NCBI GenBank assembly: GCA_012295275.1
Contig: CM022666.1
Location: 9,982,001 to 10,046,000 of the forward strand
From: Chrysomallon squamiferum
Taxonomy: Eukaryota > Animalia > Mollusca
Reading direction: 5' to 3'
Length of the DNA stretch: 64,000 nucleotides
Numbering within the stretch: the stretch's first letter is position 1; each line of letters begins with the position of its first letter. Position numbers and translations under genes: made by a program. The notes beneath the pieces are model-generated. The model made no database searches, was not told where the DNA came from, and was given only the letters and a program-made list of their open reading frames with translations. Shown piece after piece: positions 14,190 to 27,829 of this stretch.

Positions 14190-15245
14190 ATAGTCATGAA
14201 AGTGCTCTAATTAGTGAATGTATTAGCGGCGGTGTTGGTGGTATTTCACACGATAGTGCTGGCATTAGTAAAGGTAATAAGAGCGGTTCTAGTGGCATTA
14301 TTAGATACGATTGTGATAGTATTAGTGACGCTAATTGCAGCGATATTCGTAGTATTCTTCGTCGTGACAGTGCTGGCATTAGCGATGGTAATGGCAGCCG
14401 TACTGATGGTACAATCCAACTTTATAGTGCTGGAATTAGTGACGTTTATAGGAGCGGCTTTGTCGTATTATTAAACATGATAGTGCTGTCATTAGTGAAC
14501 GTAATAGGAAGGGTGCTGGCGGTTTTATTTGACATGATATCAGCAGTGATGATAATAGTAGCGGAAGTCATGGTACAATTAGAGTTGATGGTGCTGGTAT
14601 TAATGATGGTAACTGCAGTTTTTGTGGTGCTATCATAAGTCAAGATTATGCTGGTGTTAGTGATGGTAATATAAGGAGTGCTGGTGGTATTATTACATAT
14701 GATAATGCTTCTGCTAGAAAAGTCAATAAGAGCGGTAGTATTGGTATTATCAGACATGATAGTGCTGGCATTATTGAAAGCAATAGAAGGAGTGCTCGTG
14801 GTATTGTTAGGTATGATAATGCTACTGATGCAAAAGCCCTATGATGTGAAATAATACGAACGGCACCACTCCTATTACGTTCACTAATGATAGCACTATC
14901 ACGTTAAATAAATCGACCAGAACCACTGCTATAACCGTCACTAATACCAGCATTATCATATATAATAATACCACCAGCATTCCTGCTATTGCATTCACTA
15001 ATGCCAGCACTATCTTGTCTGATAATACCAGATAATACCGCTCTTATTGGCTTTTCTAATAGCAGCATAATCACACCTAACAATACCACCTGAACTGCTG
15101 CTATTACCATTACTAACACCACCACAATTATTTCTAATGATACCAAGACAGAAGCTGCACCATTAATACCAGCAACATTCAGTCTAATTCTACCATCACT
15201 ACCGCTACCATTGCCATCACTAATGCCAGCACTATCATGTTTATG
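14190..15245. repeat. 57-bp degenerate minisatellite in fold-back arrangement (+ arm ~14190-14825, inverted arm ~14840-15245)
   Basis: 19-codon periodicity (GIIRHDSAGISDGNxSxxx-like). The reverse complement of 14945-15130 aligns with 14653-14823. Confidence 0.85.
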
Positions 15246-15738
15246 TCTTGTGTTAAGGAAAGTCACTGATCTTTGAATGTCTTCGCAAGATTTCTTTCAT
15301 GCTTCCCATTCACACAGTGTACAATGTTCTTTATGTGTGTATGTTTCTTTCTTACAATAAGCAGACATGAAGCTCCTTTTCGGTTGATAGCGAAGACGAT
15401 AATCTCCCAAATCATCGAAAGAGCACCTTCAGAACTGAAGGCATTCAAACTTGTTGCTTGTGTCTACATGAAAGATACTGACTCACTTTTATGAAATACG
15501 AATCGAGGAGTCATTTCTCTGGAAGTCTCTAAGCTTTCAGTTCCATCGCGTCATTCAGCGTTACAGTTTTACTGATACAGATATTTTACGAGCTACACCT
15601 GATGCTAGCACAGCACCCTTTGTACCGGCTTCTTGTAACTAAGAACAGAGATTGCGATGCAGGAGATGAATGCAGTGGTTTCATTTCAAGATTACTCTTT
15701 AAAAACAGCAAACTGATATTCAGACATCTTGCTTTCAG

Positions 15739-15906
15739 GAAAGTCACCGACCTCTGAATGTCTTTGCAAATCCACTGTTGCCTTTACTCTTCACAAACAC
15801 TATGATATCTCTTGTATGTTTCTAAGTGTCGTTCTTATAGTAAATAAAAATCAAACTTCTCATTGGGTGATAATGAAGACAATGGTGTCCGAAGTGACCT
15901 TTAATG
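15739..15906 (+). other. Orphan 168-nt exon-like segment (open, phase 1-1); degenerate paralogues at ~15258-15420 and 49891-50054
   Basis: ctgat..ttgctttcag|GA..TTTAATG|gtaaac, translating as GKSPTSECLCKSTVAFTLHKHYDISCMFLSVVLIVNKNQTSHWVIMKTMVSEVTFNG. No family recognised. Confidence 0.45.
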
Positions 15907-15959
15907 GTAAACGCACAACACCGTCGAAAGAGCACCTTAAAGACTGATCGAATTTACAT

Positions 15960-16215
15960 TTGTTACTTCTGGGATTACTTTATTAATGCTTGTATTAATG
16001 ATGGTAATAAAATCGGTCCTGGTGGCATTATTACACATCATACCTCTGACATTAGTAATGGTAGTATCAGCTGTACTGATGGTATTATTAGACCTAAAAC
16101 TGCTGCTATTAGTGATGGTAATAGCAACTTCACCGCTGATATTATTACACATGATAATGCTGTTATTATTGAAAGTTATACGGGAGATAACGCTCGTATT
16201 ATTAATCATGAAAAT
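15960..16215 (+). repeat. Additional 57-bp minisatellite units
   Basis: Same 19-codon periodic unit as 14190-14825. Confidence 0.75.
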
Positions 16216-16219
16216 GGTT

Positions 16220-18412
16220 TATAAGTTAACAAGAACAATACCAACGATGACATCAACATCATCATCATCATCATCAAAGAATTATCATGATGATGATAGT
16301 AATGAGGATAACCCTAGTAATGATGGAATTAATTTTGTATTTGTTTTAAAGTTTTTACAATGAAATACTGACATTTCTACGGTTTATTTTCTCAGGATAT
16401 GAAGAGGAGAATCTACACATACATCTTCTTCTTGAGAATGCAGCAGGAAAAGGATATCACCTAAATGGTAAACAGAAATGCCTGTACATTTTGTGAAGAA
16501 GAATATAATAAAAAGTGAAAAATACAAATATGTGCTTTACAAAAAGTTATTAAAATAAAATGAAATAAATTAATAGTAATAATATTAATAGTGATAGTAG
16601 TAACAATGACAGTATTAAAGTTAATTAAAAACATAATCATGATCATCAAAGAGAATGTAAGAACAATGATATGATTATAACAATAAGACTAATACTAGTA
16701 ATGATGGAATTAATTTTGTATTTGTTTTAATGTATGTTAAATGAAATACTGACATGTTTTGGATTTGTTTTCACAGGATGACTAGAGGAAAATGAAGACA
16801 GGAATACACAGATGAAGTCAGGAATGGGTTTTTCAGTTTTGGGATTAATAAAAAATAAAAGTACTGGCTTCATAAAAAAAATAATTAAAAGAAGTGAAAT
16901 AAGATAAAATAAAATAAAACAAAGTGATAAATACAGCAAAAACAACAATAATAGTGAAAACAATAATGGCAGTACTGAAAATGAGAATAATAAAGATAAT
17001 AACAACAACAACAACAACAACATCATCATGAACATCTTCATCATCAAAGAGAATACATGTTATAATGATGATAATAAAAAGGGTAATACTAGTAATGATG
17101 GAATTATTTTTTTTATTTCTTTTAAAGTTTGTTAAATGAAATACTGACATTTCCACAGTTTGTTTTCCCAGGATGACAAGAGGAAAATGAAGACCAGAAT
17201 CCACAGATGAAGCCAGGAATGGGTTTTTCATTTTCCTTGGTTTTCTGGCATTTGAGTTGGTGTGTATGCATTTTAACGTAGACATACTGATGTCTACACA
17301 TGCACCTCCTGCTTAAGAATGCTGCAGCAGAAGGACATCATCTAAATGGTAAACAGAAATGTCTGTACATTTTGTGAAGAAGTAATTAATAAAAAGTGAA
17401 AATTAAAAATATTTGCTATACAAAAAGTAATTAAAATAAAATGAAATAAATTAATAGTAATAGAAGCAAGAATCATCATTATTAGAATACTAATAACAAT
17501 AATAAAAGTGATAGCACTGACAACAGTAAAGTTAATAAGAACATCATCATCAAAGAATAATTAGTATAATGATGATGATAATAAAAATACTAGTAATAAT
17601 GGAATTAATTTTTTATTTGTTTTAATGTTTGTTAAATGAAATACTGACAGTTGTTGGATTTGTTTTCACAGGATTAGAAGAGGAGCTATATACAGATGAA
17701 GTCAGGAATGGGTTTTTTATTTTTTGGGGGTTGCCGGCATTTGTGTGGGAGTTTATGCATTTTGACTTAGTCATCAGAGTCTTAATACTGATGTCTACAC
17801 ATGCATGTTCTGCTTCATACTCCGTAGATGACAGTGGTGAAGAAGGTGAAAGAATGCCGCAGGAGAAAGACATCACCTGAATGGTACAGAGAAATGCCTG
17901 TACATTTTGTGAAGAAGATAAATAAAAAATAAAAATATTGGCTTTAGAAAAAGTAATTAAATGAAATAAGATAAAATAAAATAAAATAAAGTAATAATAA
18001 TGACAGTAACAACAGCAACAATAATAATAATGGCAATACTGATAATGAGAATAATAATGAGAATAACAACAACAAGAACCATAATAATAATAATAATAAT
18101 AATGGCAGTACTGATAATTAGAATAATAATGAGAATAACAACAAGAACAACAACAACATTATCATCAAACAGAATAATAATTATTAACATGATGATGATA
18201 ATAATAAGTGTATTTGTTTTAAAGTTTGTTAAATGAAACTCTGACATTTCTACGGTTTGTTTTCCCACCTTGATGAGAGGAAAATGAAGACCGGAATCCA
18301 CAGATGAAGTCACGAATGGGTTTTTCATTTTCCTTGGATTTCTGGCATTTGTGTTTGAGTATGCATTTTGACGTAGACATACTAATATCTACACATGAAT
18401 GTTCATAAGACA
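16220..18412 (+). repeat. Short array (~5 units) of the intron-exon cassette repeat
   Basis: The conserved tgaaatactgacat..cag|GA unit occurs at ~16396, 16778, 17172 and 17672, with a degenerate copy at ~18270. Donors are AATG|gtaaac or gtacag. Homologous to 37160-48071. Confidence 0.85.
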
Positions 18413-18826
18413 CAAATGAAAAAAGAAAAAAGCATTTTGTTAACTGGAGCTCAACCTTTTAATTTTTTTCACTTAGTCCCAACCATTTTTTGCTAAAAAA
18501 TGTTTATGTCCCCTTATGAAATAAAACAAACTGTAAAAGTGTAATTACTGTAATATAAAGTAGAAATCTTTAATCCTATAAGTAAACAAACTGCTTATAG
18601 GTGCTGCCAGATACACAATAACGTATAGCCGAAGTGTAACTGGAAGTTTGGTCATGTTATATCACTTTCAAATTTCCCCCCCATTATATTCTCAAATTGG
18701 GAATCACTGGTCTGTGTGCTAAAATATAGGGAATAATGCTAATAAGCGTAATAAAAATAATATTTATATTTTATTATTACATCATTACTGTTTGTAACTG
18801 AATATTATGTATTTGTGTTACTAAAG

Positions 18827-19156
18827 GTAATACTGTGTGGAGGAGGCAGCAAGATTCCAATGCGACAGAAAGCAATATCAGATTTCCTGCCAGGAGGAGA
18901 AAACTTTTCCAGCTGCTGAGGTGATAGCAACTGGTGCTGCAAAAGAGGTTTGATTAATAATATGTCTCTTAGGCTAGATTTATGATCCATCGGTTGAAAA
19001 GAAATTTGTTTAATATTATGTGTCAACCACGAATAAAAAATACTTTAACATGCACTTTAGAATTCATCCCTAGTTTTATCTCTGTTTTGTTAAGTATCTG
19101 CTATTTGCATCTGGTTTTTGTTGGGAGTAGGCCTTTTCAATCTGCAACAGTCATTT

Positions 19157-19206
<50 letters not shown>

Positions 19207-20577
19207 TTCATTTTATTTTCATTTTTATTCTTATTATTCTTATATTATTGTTGTTGTTGTTGTTGTTGTTGTTGTTTTTTTGGTCTTTGCAATTTCAGGC
19301 TGCTATATTAGTTGGCAAAGATATTCAGGATCTTCAAGAGCTTGAACATTATCTGGAAGTTAAATGTCTGTCTAAAGCTATTTATGTCAAGGTATTGTAT
19401 ATAGCTTCCTGTTTAGATTGCTGATACATATGAAAACCCCATGAATTGTAAATTTTTATCATCAATGAAATTAAATCTATTTTAATATATCTAAAATAAT
19501 AATTGTTTTAATCAGTAATTCATATTTTGTTCGTGTATGTGCCCCCTTTGTTTGTAGGAGTGTTTTTGCCATTTATAAATAATTTGATAAAATCAACATA
19601 CAGCATTGACTTTCAGCAATGGATTTCTTCTCTCGTCATTATGTTTGATTATTTTCATTATCACATTACATTAAATTTATTTATTAATTTAAAGATTACT
19701 AGTGATTCAAACATGGAATTATCCCTTGCTGTTCCCAAGCATATTTTAATTCCATCATGTAAATAACACACATACACTTTAGCCGATGATAAGAATGTTT
19801 TCTTCTTAGTGGTTTACGAAGCAGAAGATCCACCTTCTTTAGAAACAGCAACTTTGTTAGCAAAGGTACATTTGTTTTTTGTTTTTTTATTATTGTTGTT
19901 TTTGTTGTTATTATTATAAATCAGATAATAAAATTAGTATTTGTTTTCATTTTGTGTGATCCTAATACTTCATTTGTTTTGTTTTGTTTCCGATTGTGAT
20001 GCATGATTTACCAACACCAAGCAATGTTCAAACAACCTTTCATCTTAAAAGGTAAACTATATCAAATCTATAGATCATTAAGAAAATAATGAAATTTAAA
20101 TCTTTAATTAAATACAGATTATTTTTGTTCTTTTATTATTGTTGTTTTAAATCTAATAACCCCTTGCCCGACTAGTTCACCAGTTTTGAGATTTTTAAAA
20201 TATATTTCCTTTGGTCTAAGAAAACTGCAAACCCAGTTCTCTTTTAAAAATATTTTAATACCCAAGTACTCAGCACCCAAATTATGTTGATAATTAATTA
20301 ATCATTTTTAAAAAGAAAACTTGCAGTACATTTTTAATAACTTTGTAATTAAGGTTAATTTAAACACAGTGTTCTGTTATCAGTAAAATATAGCTGTGTG
20401 TGTCTAACTATTTTGCCTTAAGAATATAACAGGAACTGAGATTTTATGTTGGATAAAACAAAATGAAAAGTCGGATAACTTTTTCAATTCTGATATTTCA
20501 GAGAACGTAACTTACATGTTACCTGCCAGGAACTGTCATCTAACAAAGAAGAAAGTGTCATCATTGGTATCAGCTGA
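18827..20577 (+). pseudogene. HSPA14: Unprocessed 3'-partial HSPA14 (Hsp70-14/Hsp70L1) pseudogene; exons 18827-18947, 19299-19391, 19695-19865, 19993-20051, 20502-20577
   Basis: VILCGGGSKIP..PAAEVIATGAAKE|AAILVGKD..KCLSKAIYVK|..VVYEAE..LLAK|IVMHDL..FHLKR|..LHVTCQE..IGIS* matches the recalled HSPA14 C-terminal region. Lesions: frameshift in the first exon (121 nt), in-frame TAA at 19764, acceptor CAG>CCG at ~19990, no upstream exons found. Confidence 0.85.
19164..19204. repeat. (TG)n microsatellite
   Basis: Direct reading. Confidence 0.95.
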
Positions 20578-22390
20578 CAATAATTCATTTTCTCAACAAA
20601 AAAAATTAAAATAAAAATAAAAAACCACCACAGCAAAAAAAAGTTGAGTTGGAATGAAATTGTTGTTGACATCAGTAATAAAAATGAAATGGGTATTAAA
20701 ATTGTAAAATTAAAAATAATAAAGTATTATAAATGTTTTTGTTTATTTATTATCCCAGTATCATTATACTTTTATTGTTAAAAGCATTAAGAAGCCATAT
20801 TGGACTACATCTGTTTAATTTTTATTAAGGCAGCAAAAATATTTACAGTATTGTAACTTTTATACAATTATTATTTGTTTTAGTGGACATTTAATTTTCA
20901 TTAATGAAATTTGTACTGTGTTTTTACACATGTTGTTACAATTTATTTTTTTCATTCTTGAATTAATTGTTTCAATAAAATGTATTTGTACTGTAATATG
21001 TATTGTTTTTCTTGCTTTGAATACTTGCTTTGAAAACAGATAAGGAAAAATATATAAAAAAAGAAAACAATGACCATCAGAAAAAAATTTTGTTTTATTT
21101 TTTCTCTTTTATTATCACTGTTTTATTGTTATTTACATATACTTACATTTTGCAGCTTTCCTTGCGTAGCTTCATTTTTTATTTTATTTTTTTTATTTTG
21201 GTAATTTTGTCTAAACTGTTTAATAATATTTCTATGTCCAAATCTAATTAAAACGGGTTTATTTCTAAACGGGTTTGCACAACTGGGATAAAAATAAAAT
21301 TATAGAAATAAAGTGTCAACCATATCAATGTACCTTCCAAAATATATTTCTTATATACATTTTGAATACAATTTGAATTAGACATGTGGAAACCTTTTCA
21401 ATAACTGGAAATACTTTACACTTGGATGTTGTCACTGTAAAGGTATATAAGAGAATGACCATGAATACATACACACAATCACTGCATATCATTTTGCTTT
21501 GGTGTATTGACAATGCTTGACTGAGAAGAGGAAGGCAAACTTGTGAACAAACCTTTTGCATAAACATTTCCAGTTTATAAAACCAGAAACTTTTTTTTTT
21601 TTTTTTTTGACCACTCTAAATACAATGTTCTTTTTCATTTATTTAGAAGAAACAGATATTTTGTATGTATGAATTAAGAAAGTGGAAAGTGGTGGCTTTG
21701 GTGAACCACAGAATGAACACTAGGTGTGATAGGAAATCACTGATAGAAAATTGTAAATCAAGTAATCCATTTTGTATCAGCTGTCTAAACACTAAGCCAC
21801 TTATTTTAGAACATATTTTTTAAATAAATATACATGAGTTTGTTATAGGAAAATGTTTTTCTTTCCTTTTTCATTAAATTTTTGTTTTGTTATTTGTGTT
21901 GTTACTACTACTACTACTGCTACTACTACTATTATTTATTTATTTATTTATTTATTTATATAATTATTATATTTATTTTTATTTTGTTTCTGAAGCTAAA
22001 AAAAAAATTAATAATAATAACGATAAAATAAAAAAATATATATTATAGCGAAAGTTAGTACTTGAAACTGATGACTGTTTTCCCTGCGCCTCCAGTGAAT
22101 ACTTTACTGATAATAATAGAGGAGTACCAGACAAGAACATTTTTTTAAAAATGGCAGAAGTCACTGGAAAAAATAGCATGTGTCTTGGCAGCTGAATGAA
22201 ATAAAGGGTAAATAGGTAAATAAAAAAAATAAAATAAAATAAATAATTATTATTTATTATTATTATTATTTTATAGATTATTAGTTAGCAATAGCTTTTG
22301 GTAAACGAGGCGATAAATGTGTTTTTCATCTATTGTAGTAATTCGGAATTTATAGACCGATGCTGAACAATCAAGTGACGCGAGGAACTG

Positions 22391-22428
<38 letters not shown>

Positions 22429-25400
22429 AAAATAAATAAATAATAAATAATAATAATAAAATAGCACGTGTGCGCCCGTACCTACACCAAGAGACATAAT
22501 AAATAAATAAATAGATACATATTTTTTTCACTTCGGATGAACTTTTTATAATAATCAGTTTAGGGGTACAGCTGAACTAATACCACTGTTCTGAACTTTT
22601 TATAATAATCAGTTTAGGGATACAGCTGAACTAATATCACTGTTCTGAACTTTTGATTGGATGGTAGAAAATGTTAAGATAATGGGCCATTGTTTGATAC
22701 AGCTTGAAATGAAATTAGCGAAGCTGGCTTAATTAAATCTCCATAGAGACCTGGCCATTGGCTTGGCCTGTGAGTTGTCAAAGTGACAGTTCAACTGACA
22801 AGTTTGACTAGGTAGTCAATTTTAATCAAAATACATTAAATTTTTTTGTTTGTTTGGAAAAATAAGTTGAAAAATATGAAAACATTAATAACTGTAGGTA
22901 AGTATACTTTGCCATTAATTACAATTAATTAAATGTTGTGCTTTGCTAATAATCATACTTTTTTGTTGTTGTCCATATGAATTCCTAAAAAATATCATAT
23001 TTAATTATTTATAATTCAGAAAGATTGTTTGGCATATTATATTATTACTTTAGATCTTTTCCCTTTTCAGTATTAATATTATTATTTTTTCAATATTACA
23101 AGATGGACAGCAGTTTTTTATTTGGAAATATTGTCTCAATTTCAAGTAATTGGCCATTTTGTATTTTGATATTTTATCTTCAGTTTTTCTGAATTTTATT
23201 TTAAACTAAGTAATTACTGAGTTTAGAAAAACTGACTAATGAATGATACTGTATCCTAAAACATCAGTTGATTGCCCTAAAGATTTTTATAGTGTAATTA
23301 TAATCAAGTTTTGGCATTTTGTGGTGTGCAGTATAACTTTGATTTAAACTTTACTTGAACAGCTGAAAACATTTCAACCTGTATTTATTTACTTAACTAA
23401 TTTATTTATTTATGTTTTTAGCTCCTGAGCTGCAAAATGAAGAAATGACTGATGAAAGCTTCTGAAAATGCAGGTTTAATACTGCACAGGCTCTGTCATG
23501 AGTAAGTCATATAACAACATATGATTTCTATTTTTATTTATATTAAAATTCAACTTACTTTTTTTTCAAACTGAACTATGATAATATAGTTAACATTATT
23601 ATAAAATAAAATAAAATTAAATTAATAATTACTGAATAATTGAATAAAGTCAGTAATATTTAAAAAAGGATTTGTACCATGCGATTAATATATTTTTTTA
23701 ACATTTCTTCTTCTGCTTCCATTTCATTTTAAAGAACATCGAAAAATGTTTTTATTTAATTTCTACTTGCAATTATTTGTGGTATTTTCTTAATAATCAG
23801 TTATACTTACAAGAAGAACATTTTTCTTTTACTAGTTATTTTGTGGACTGAAGACAGTAATTTATGTTGTATAATATTAGTAAAGATGTAGCAGCTTTAC
23901 TTCTTGTTTACCGTTCTTCTGAGACTTCAGAATCACACATGAATTTCCTAAGAATATGTGGAATCATGTTTTTAATTCTATTCATGGTTTTTAATCTCTG
24001 GAAATCCTAAAAATATTTTTCCTATTTTATCCTTTTTATTTTTTAAAATTTTGTTTTTGACATAATGTATTCAGTTAATAATACATAAAGTTAAATTTTT
24101 TCACCCATCCACCAATCACAAGAATATTTTTTTCAGGTGGGTTTTACTTAATTTTACTACAATATAATAATAATTATTGATCTAAAGGAAGACTGTCAGT
24201 TAATGTACAGCTGACAAGTTACTAAAAGTTAATTTGTGAATTTGTGCAAGTCTCTTTTAAACAGTGCTTTTTTAAACACCAGTGTTTGTTTTACTCAAGT
24301 ACAACTGTTCAGTTTCACATTAATCAAAGGTCATGCTGTTCAGATTACAGTAAAATGTTCTAGCAGATCAGTTACAACTATTAATATCAAACAAGCAAAA
24401 ACATGCACACATATGTGCATAAAGAAAAATAAAAGATAAAAATTATTGTATTAAAAAAGAAAAAATCAGAATATTAAATATAGTTTTTGACATAAACTGC
24501 TTTTATCTTAATTTGATTACCATAGTTGAAAAATAGATCTTTTTAACTGGATACTGTTGTATTTATTTATTTTTTGGACTACATATATAACAAATGTAGT
24601 AAGTATAGTGATATATTAATAATAACAACTCCCAATTTACAGAAACACAAATGCAGAATTAATATTAAAGTAGTTTTAAAATAATGGACTTCATAGCAAT
24701 TGTCTTACATGTAACATTTGTTAATTACAGTATTAAAAGTTCACATATTTGTCATAAATGTTGTTTTAATCGCAAAAACATGAATGGATATTATTATCTA
24801 TTTATTTTTTATTAAAAAATAAAATTCACTCTTTTAATTTTAACTATATAATCACCTGTCTGTTCTTTGTGTATGCTCACGCTGTTTTTCTGATAAGTGA
24901 TATGTCGGTGTGTCAGAATGCAGACTGATCTAAGGGTTCCTTGCCCTGGATGATGCCCTAGCTTGTCAGTTATTTGACATTTAGGCACCTCTATTACAAG
25001 GTTTAATATTTTTGAGGGATCTTGCTTAGGAATGATATGTATTTAATTCCCATATCATTTTTATTTGACTGACCTAAAAAAAATAATAATAATAAATATT
25101 TTTTAAAAATTTAACAGTATTCAGAAACTTCATATTTATATGGCACATTTGTAGAATATTCAGATATCTTAATATTTGTCTGGCACGTTAATAATTCTGA
25201 TATCTTCATGTTTGTATAGCTGATTTGTAGAATAATTCAGATATCTTCATGTTTGTATAGCAGATTTGTAGAATATTTTTTTGATCATAAAGATTATAAT
25301 ATCCCCTTGATTAAAGTAATAAGATATCTCATATGAGAGAAACTTACTAGGTTCAGAATTTCTAGCAAAACATAGGGAATATCCAGTTTAATCAGTGTAA

Positions 25401-25769
25401 CACATTAGTCATAGTCAAAAATAGCAATAACCAATTCAGTGGTGGATCCAGAAATATAATTCAGAGGCTGGCTGGATTGGGATAGAGTAAACTTAATGGG
25501 AGTCCAAAATTGTTTCCCAAAGATGATTAACAATGCACATATTTTGTGAAGTTGTGATTTAAAATAAAAATAGAAAAATCTTCTCTTTCTAATAAACACT
25601 GATAATGTTAGATAGGTTAGATGATCACAAACACTTTGGTTGATGTATATGCAGCAGTAATTGAGAGCAAAGTCAGTATGTGAATGTGATTTATCTGGCA
25701 AAAGTAATAAAGGAAAAATAAATGAGAACAGTAAGTGCAGGAATTTCATTAATAAGTCAGCCAGTAAGG

Positions 25770-26545
25770 ACCTGGACTGCATGCGACATGGTGCAAAGCC
25801 ACAAAACTGTCAAAATCTGATTTGTGCTCACTGTACTAGAAAATCTATGCATTGCGATAACAGCCAGATCAGCTAGTCTATCTGTTGGTGTGAAACCATG
25901 TGTGTATTCATCTGAGGCAGGTGAAAGAATTCTCTGCCTCTGTACAGTAAGAAACTTCAGAAGCTCACTCGTCACTTGCAATAATTCTTCCATCTCAAAA
26001 GTTTGCTCTTAAATGCTGATGGAATAGGCATCTGATACAGAATCATTCCAGTATCCATACTATTTTCAAGTTAAATGTTCAGGAATCCAAAGTAAACTTC
26101 CATAAGTCTACCCAGTAGCGCACTAATGAGAGAATGCATTAGCTGCAGCATCTCTTTTGCACACATGAAACTGACAATATAGGCAAAAATTGATGAAGAT
26201 GTGTCAGAGGCCATTTACTTCAAGCTTTGTTGAAGAATCCCACTTCCACAATGGCTTGTTTGGGCACATAGAATTTCGTTAGATGGAGCTTCAATATATC
26301 TCATTCAGGGTTATTACAATAAACTCATATAAATAATAAACATGTTTTGCATGTATTCTTCAACTTTGGTTTCTTTTTGTTCTCAATGATCTTTTCAAAG
26401 AACTTTTGTTACTTTGGATAATTGTTGAAGAAAATGAATAATTCTCAACAAGAATCCATCATGTTTGCAATTTGTGCAATTTTGCAGGCATGACAGATAA
26501 CCAAGTTGAGTAATGCGAACAACAACCTGATACTCTGCACTAGCG
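25770..26545 (-). mobile_element. Degenerate hAT transposase fragment (THAP12/ZMYM1-like group, including the C-terminal dimerization domain)
   Basis: Across frameshifts and stops: LNLVICHACKIAQIANMMD..FFNNYPK, KWDSSTK, LISALLGRLMEVYFGF, CTEAENSFTCLR*IHTW..TDRLADLAVIAMH. The last part matches the hATC E-R-S-F-S..R-L pattern. Confidence 0.8.
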
Positions 26546-27790
26546 ATACCCAAAACATTGTTAGACAATGTGTGCTGCTGTTGTAGTGGTAAAACACTAG
26601 GGATACACATTGACTACATGCCTGGTGTTGTTGTAGTGGTAAAACACAAGGGACACCCATATTTATTGTTGTCAGACATTGACTGCATGTCTGCTGTTGT
26701 TGTAGTATGAAAACGCTAGGGATACCCATATTTATTGTTGTCAGACATTGACTACATGTCTGCTGTTGTAGTGGTAAAACACTAGGGAGACTCATAATTA
26801 TCATTGTCAGACATTGACCGCATGTCTGGTGTTGTTTTAGTGCCCATTTTCTTGTTTGGTGACCATTTTATCTGATATCTCATTTCATGTCATCATGCAG
26901 CATAATAGGCTATGGACATGAACAAGAGATATAACTCTTTTTTGCCAGTAAGTCTGCAAGAGTTATCGCCTAAACGCGAGAAAAATGAATTATAATATTA
27001 CAAGTATAATGAACAGAAGTATTACTGGAGCTTTTAAATCTGATATTATTCAAAAATTGAAAATATATGAAATTAAAATATACATAATAAAGACATATCT
27101 ATACTTCAATAAAATATAACACACAAGAAAAATCAATTTGGATGTTTATTATGCATTAAGATATCCATATTTATTGATGTCAGATGTTTACCATATGTAT
27201 GATGTTGTTATGGTCTGCTTTTGTTGTAGTGGTAAAGCACTTGCAATACCCATATGTATTGTTGTCAGACACTGACTACAAGTCACCTGTTGTTGAAGTG
27301 GTAAAACACTAGTGATACCCATATTTATCATTGCCACTTTTGACTACATGTCTGCTGTTGTTGTAGTGGTAAAACACTAGGGATACCCATATTTATTGTT
27401 GTCAGACATCCACTACATGTCTGCTGTTGTAGTGGTAAAACACTAGTGATACCCATATTTATTGTTGTCAGACACTGACTATATGTCTGCTGTTGTAGTG
27501 GTAAAACACTAGTGATACCCATATTTATTGTTGTCAGACACTGACTATATATCTGCTGTTGTAGTGGTAAAACACTAGTGATACCCATATTTATTGTTGT
27601 CAGACATCTGACTATATGTCTGCTCTTTGTAGTGTTAAATCACTAGCAATACCCATATTTATCATTGTCAGACATCAGCTACAAGTCTGGTGTTGTAGTA
27701 GTCATAAAACACTATCGATTGCCCTTTTAATTGTTGCCAGACCTTTGCCACATGTCTGCTGTTGTTGTAATGGTAAGACACTAGAGATGG
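26545..27790. repeat. 66-bp minisatellite in two blocks (~26545-26845, ~27165-27790)
   Basis: Unit ctgctgttgtagtggtaaaacactagtgatacccatatttattgttgtcagaca..; starts at 27421, 27487, 27553. Confidence 0.9.
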
Positions 27791-27829
27791 CCAGATAATC
27801 AGCATGCCAATCTGGTTGTTATTTGTGTA

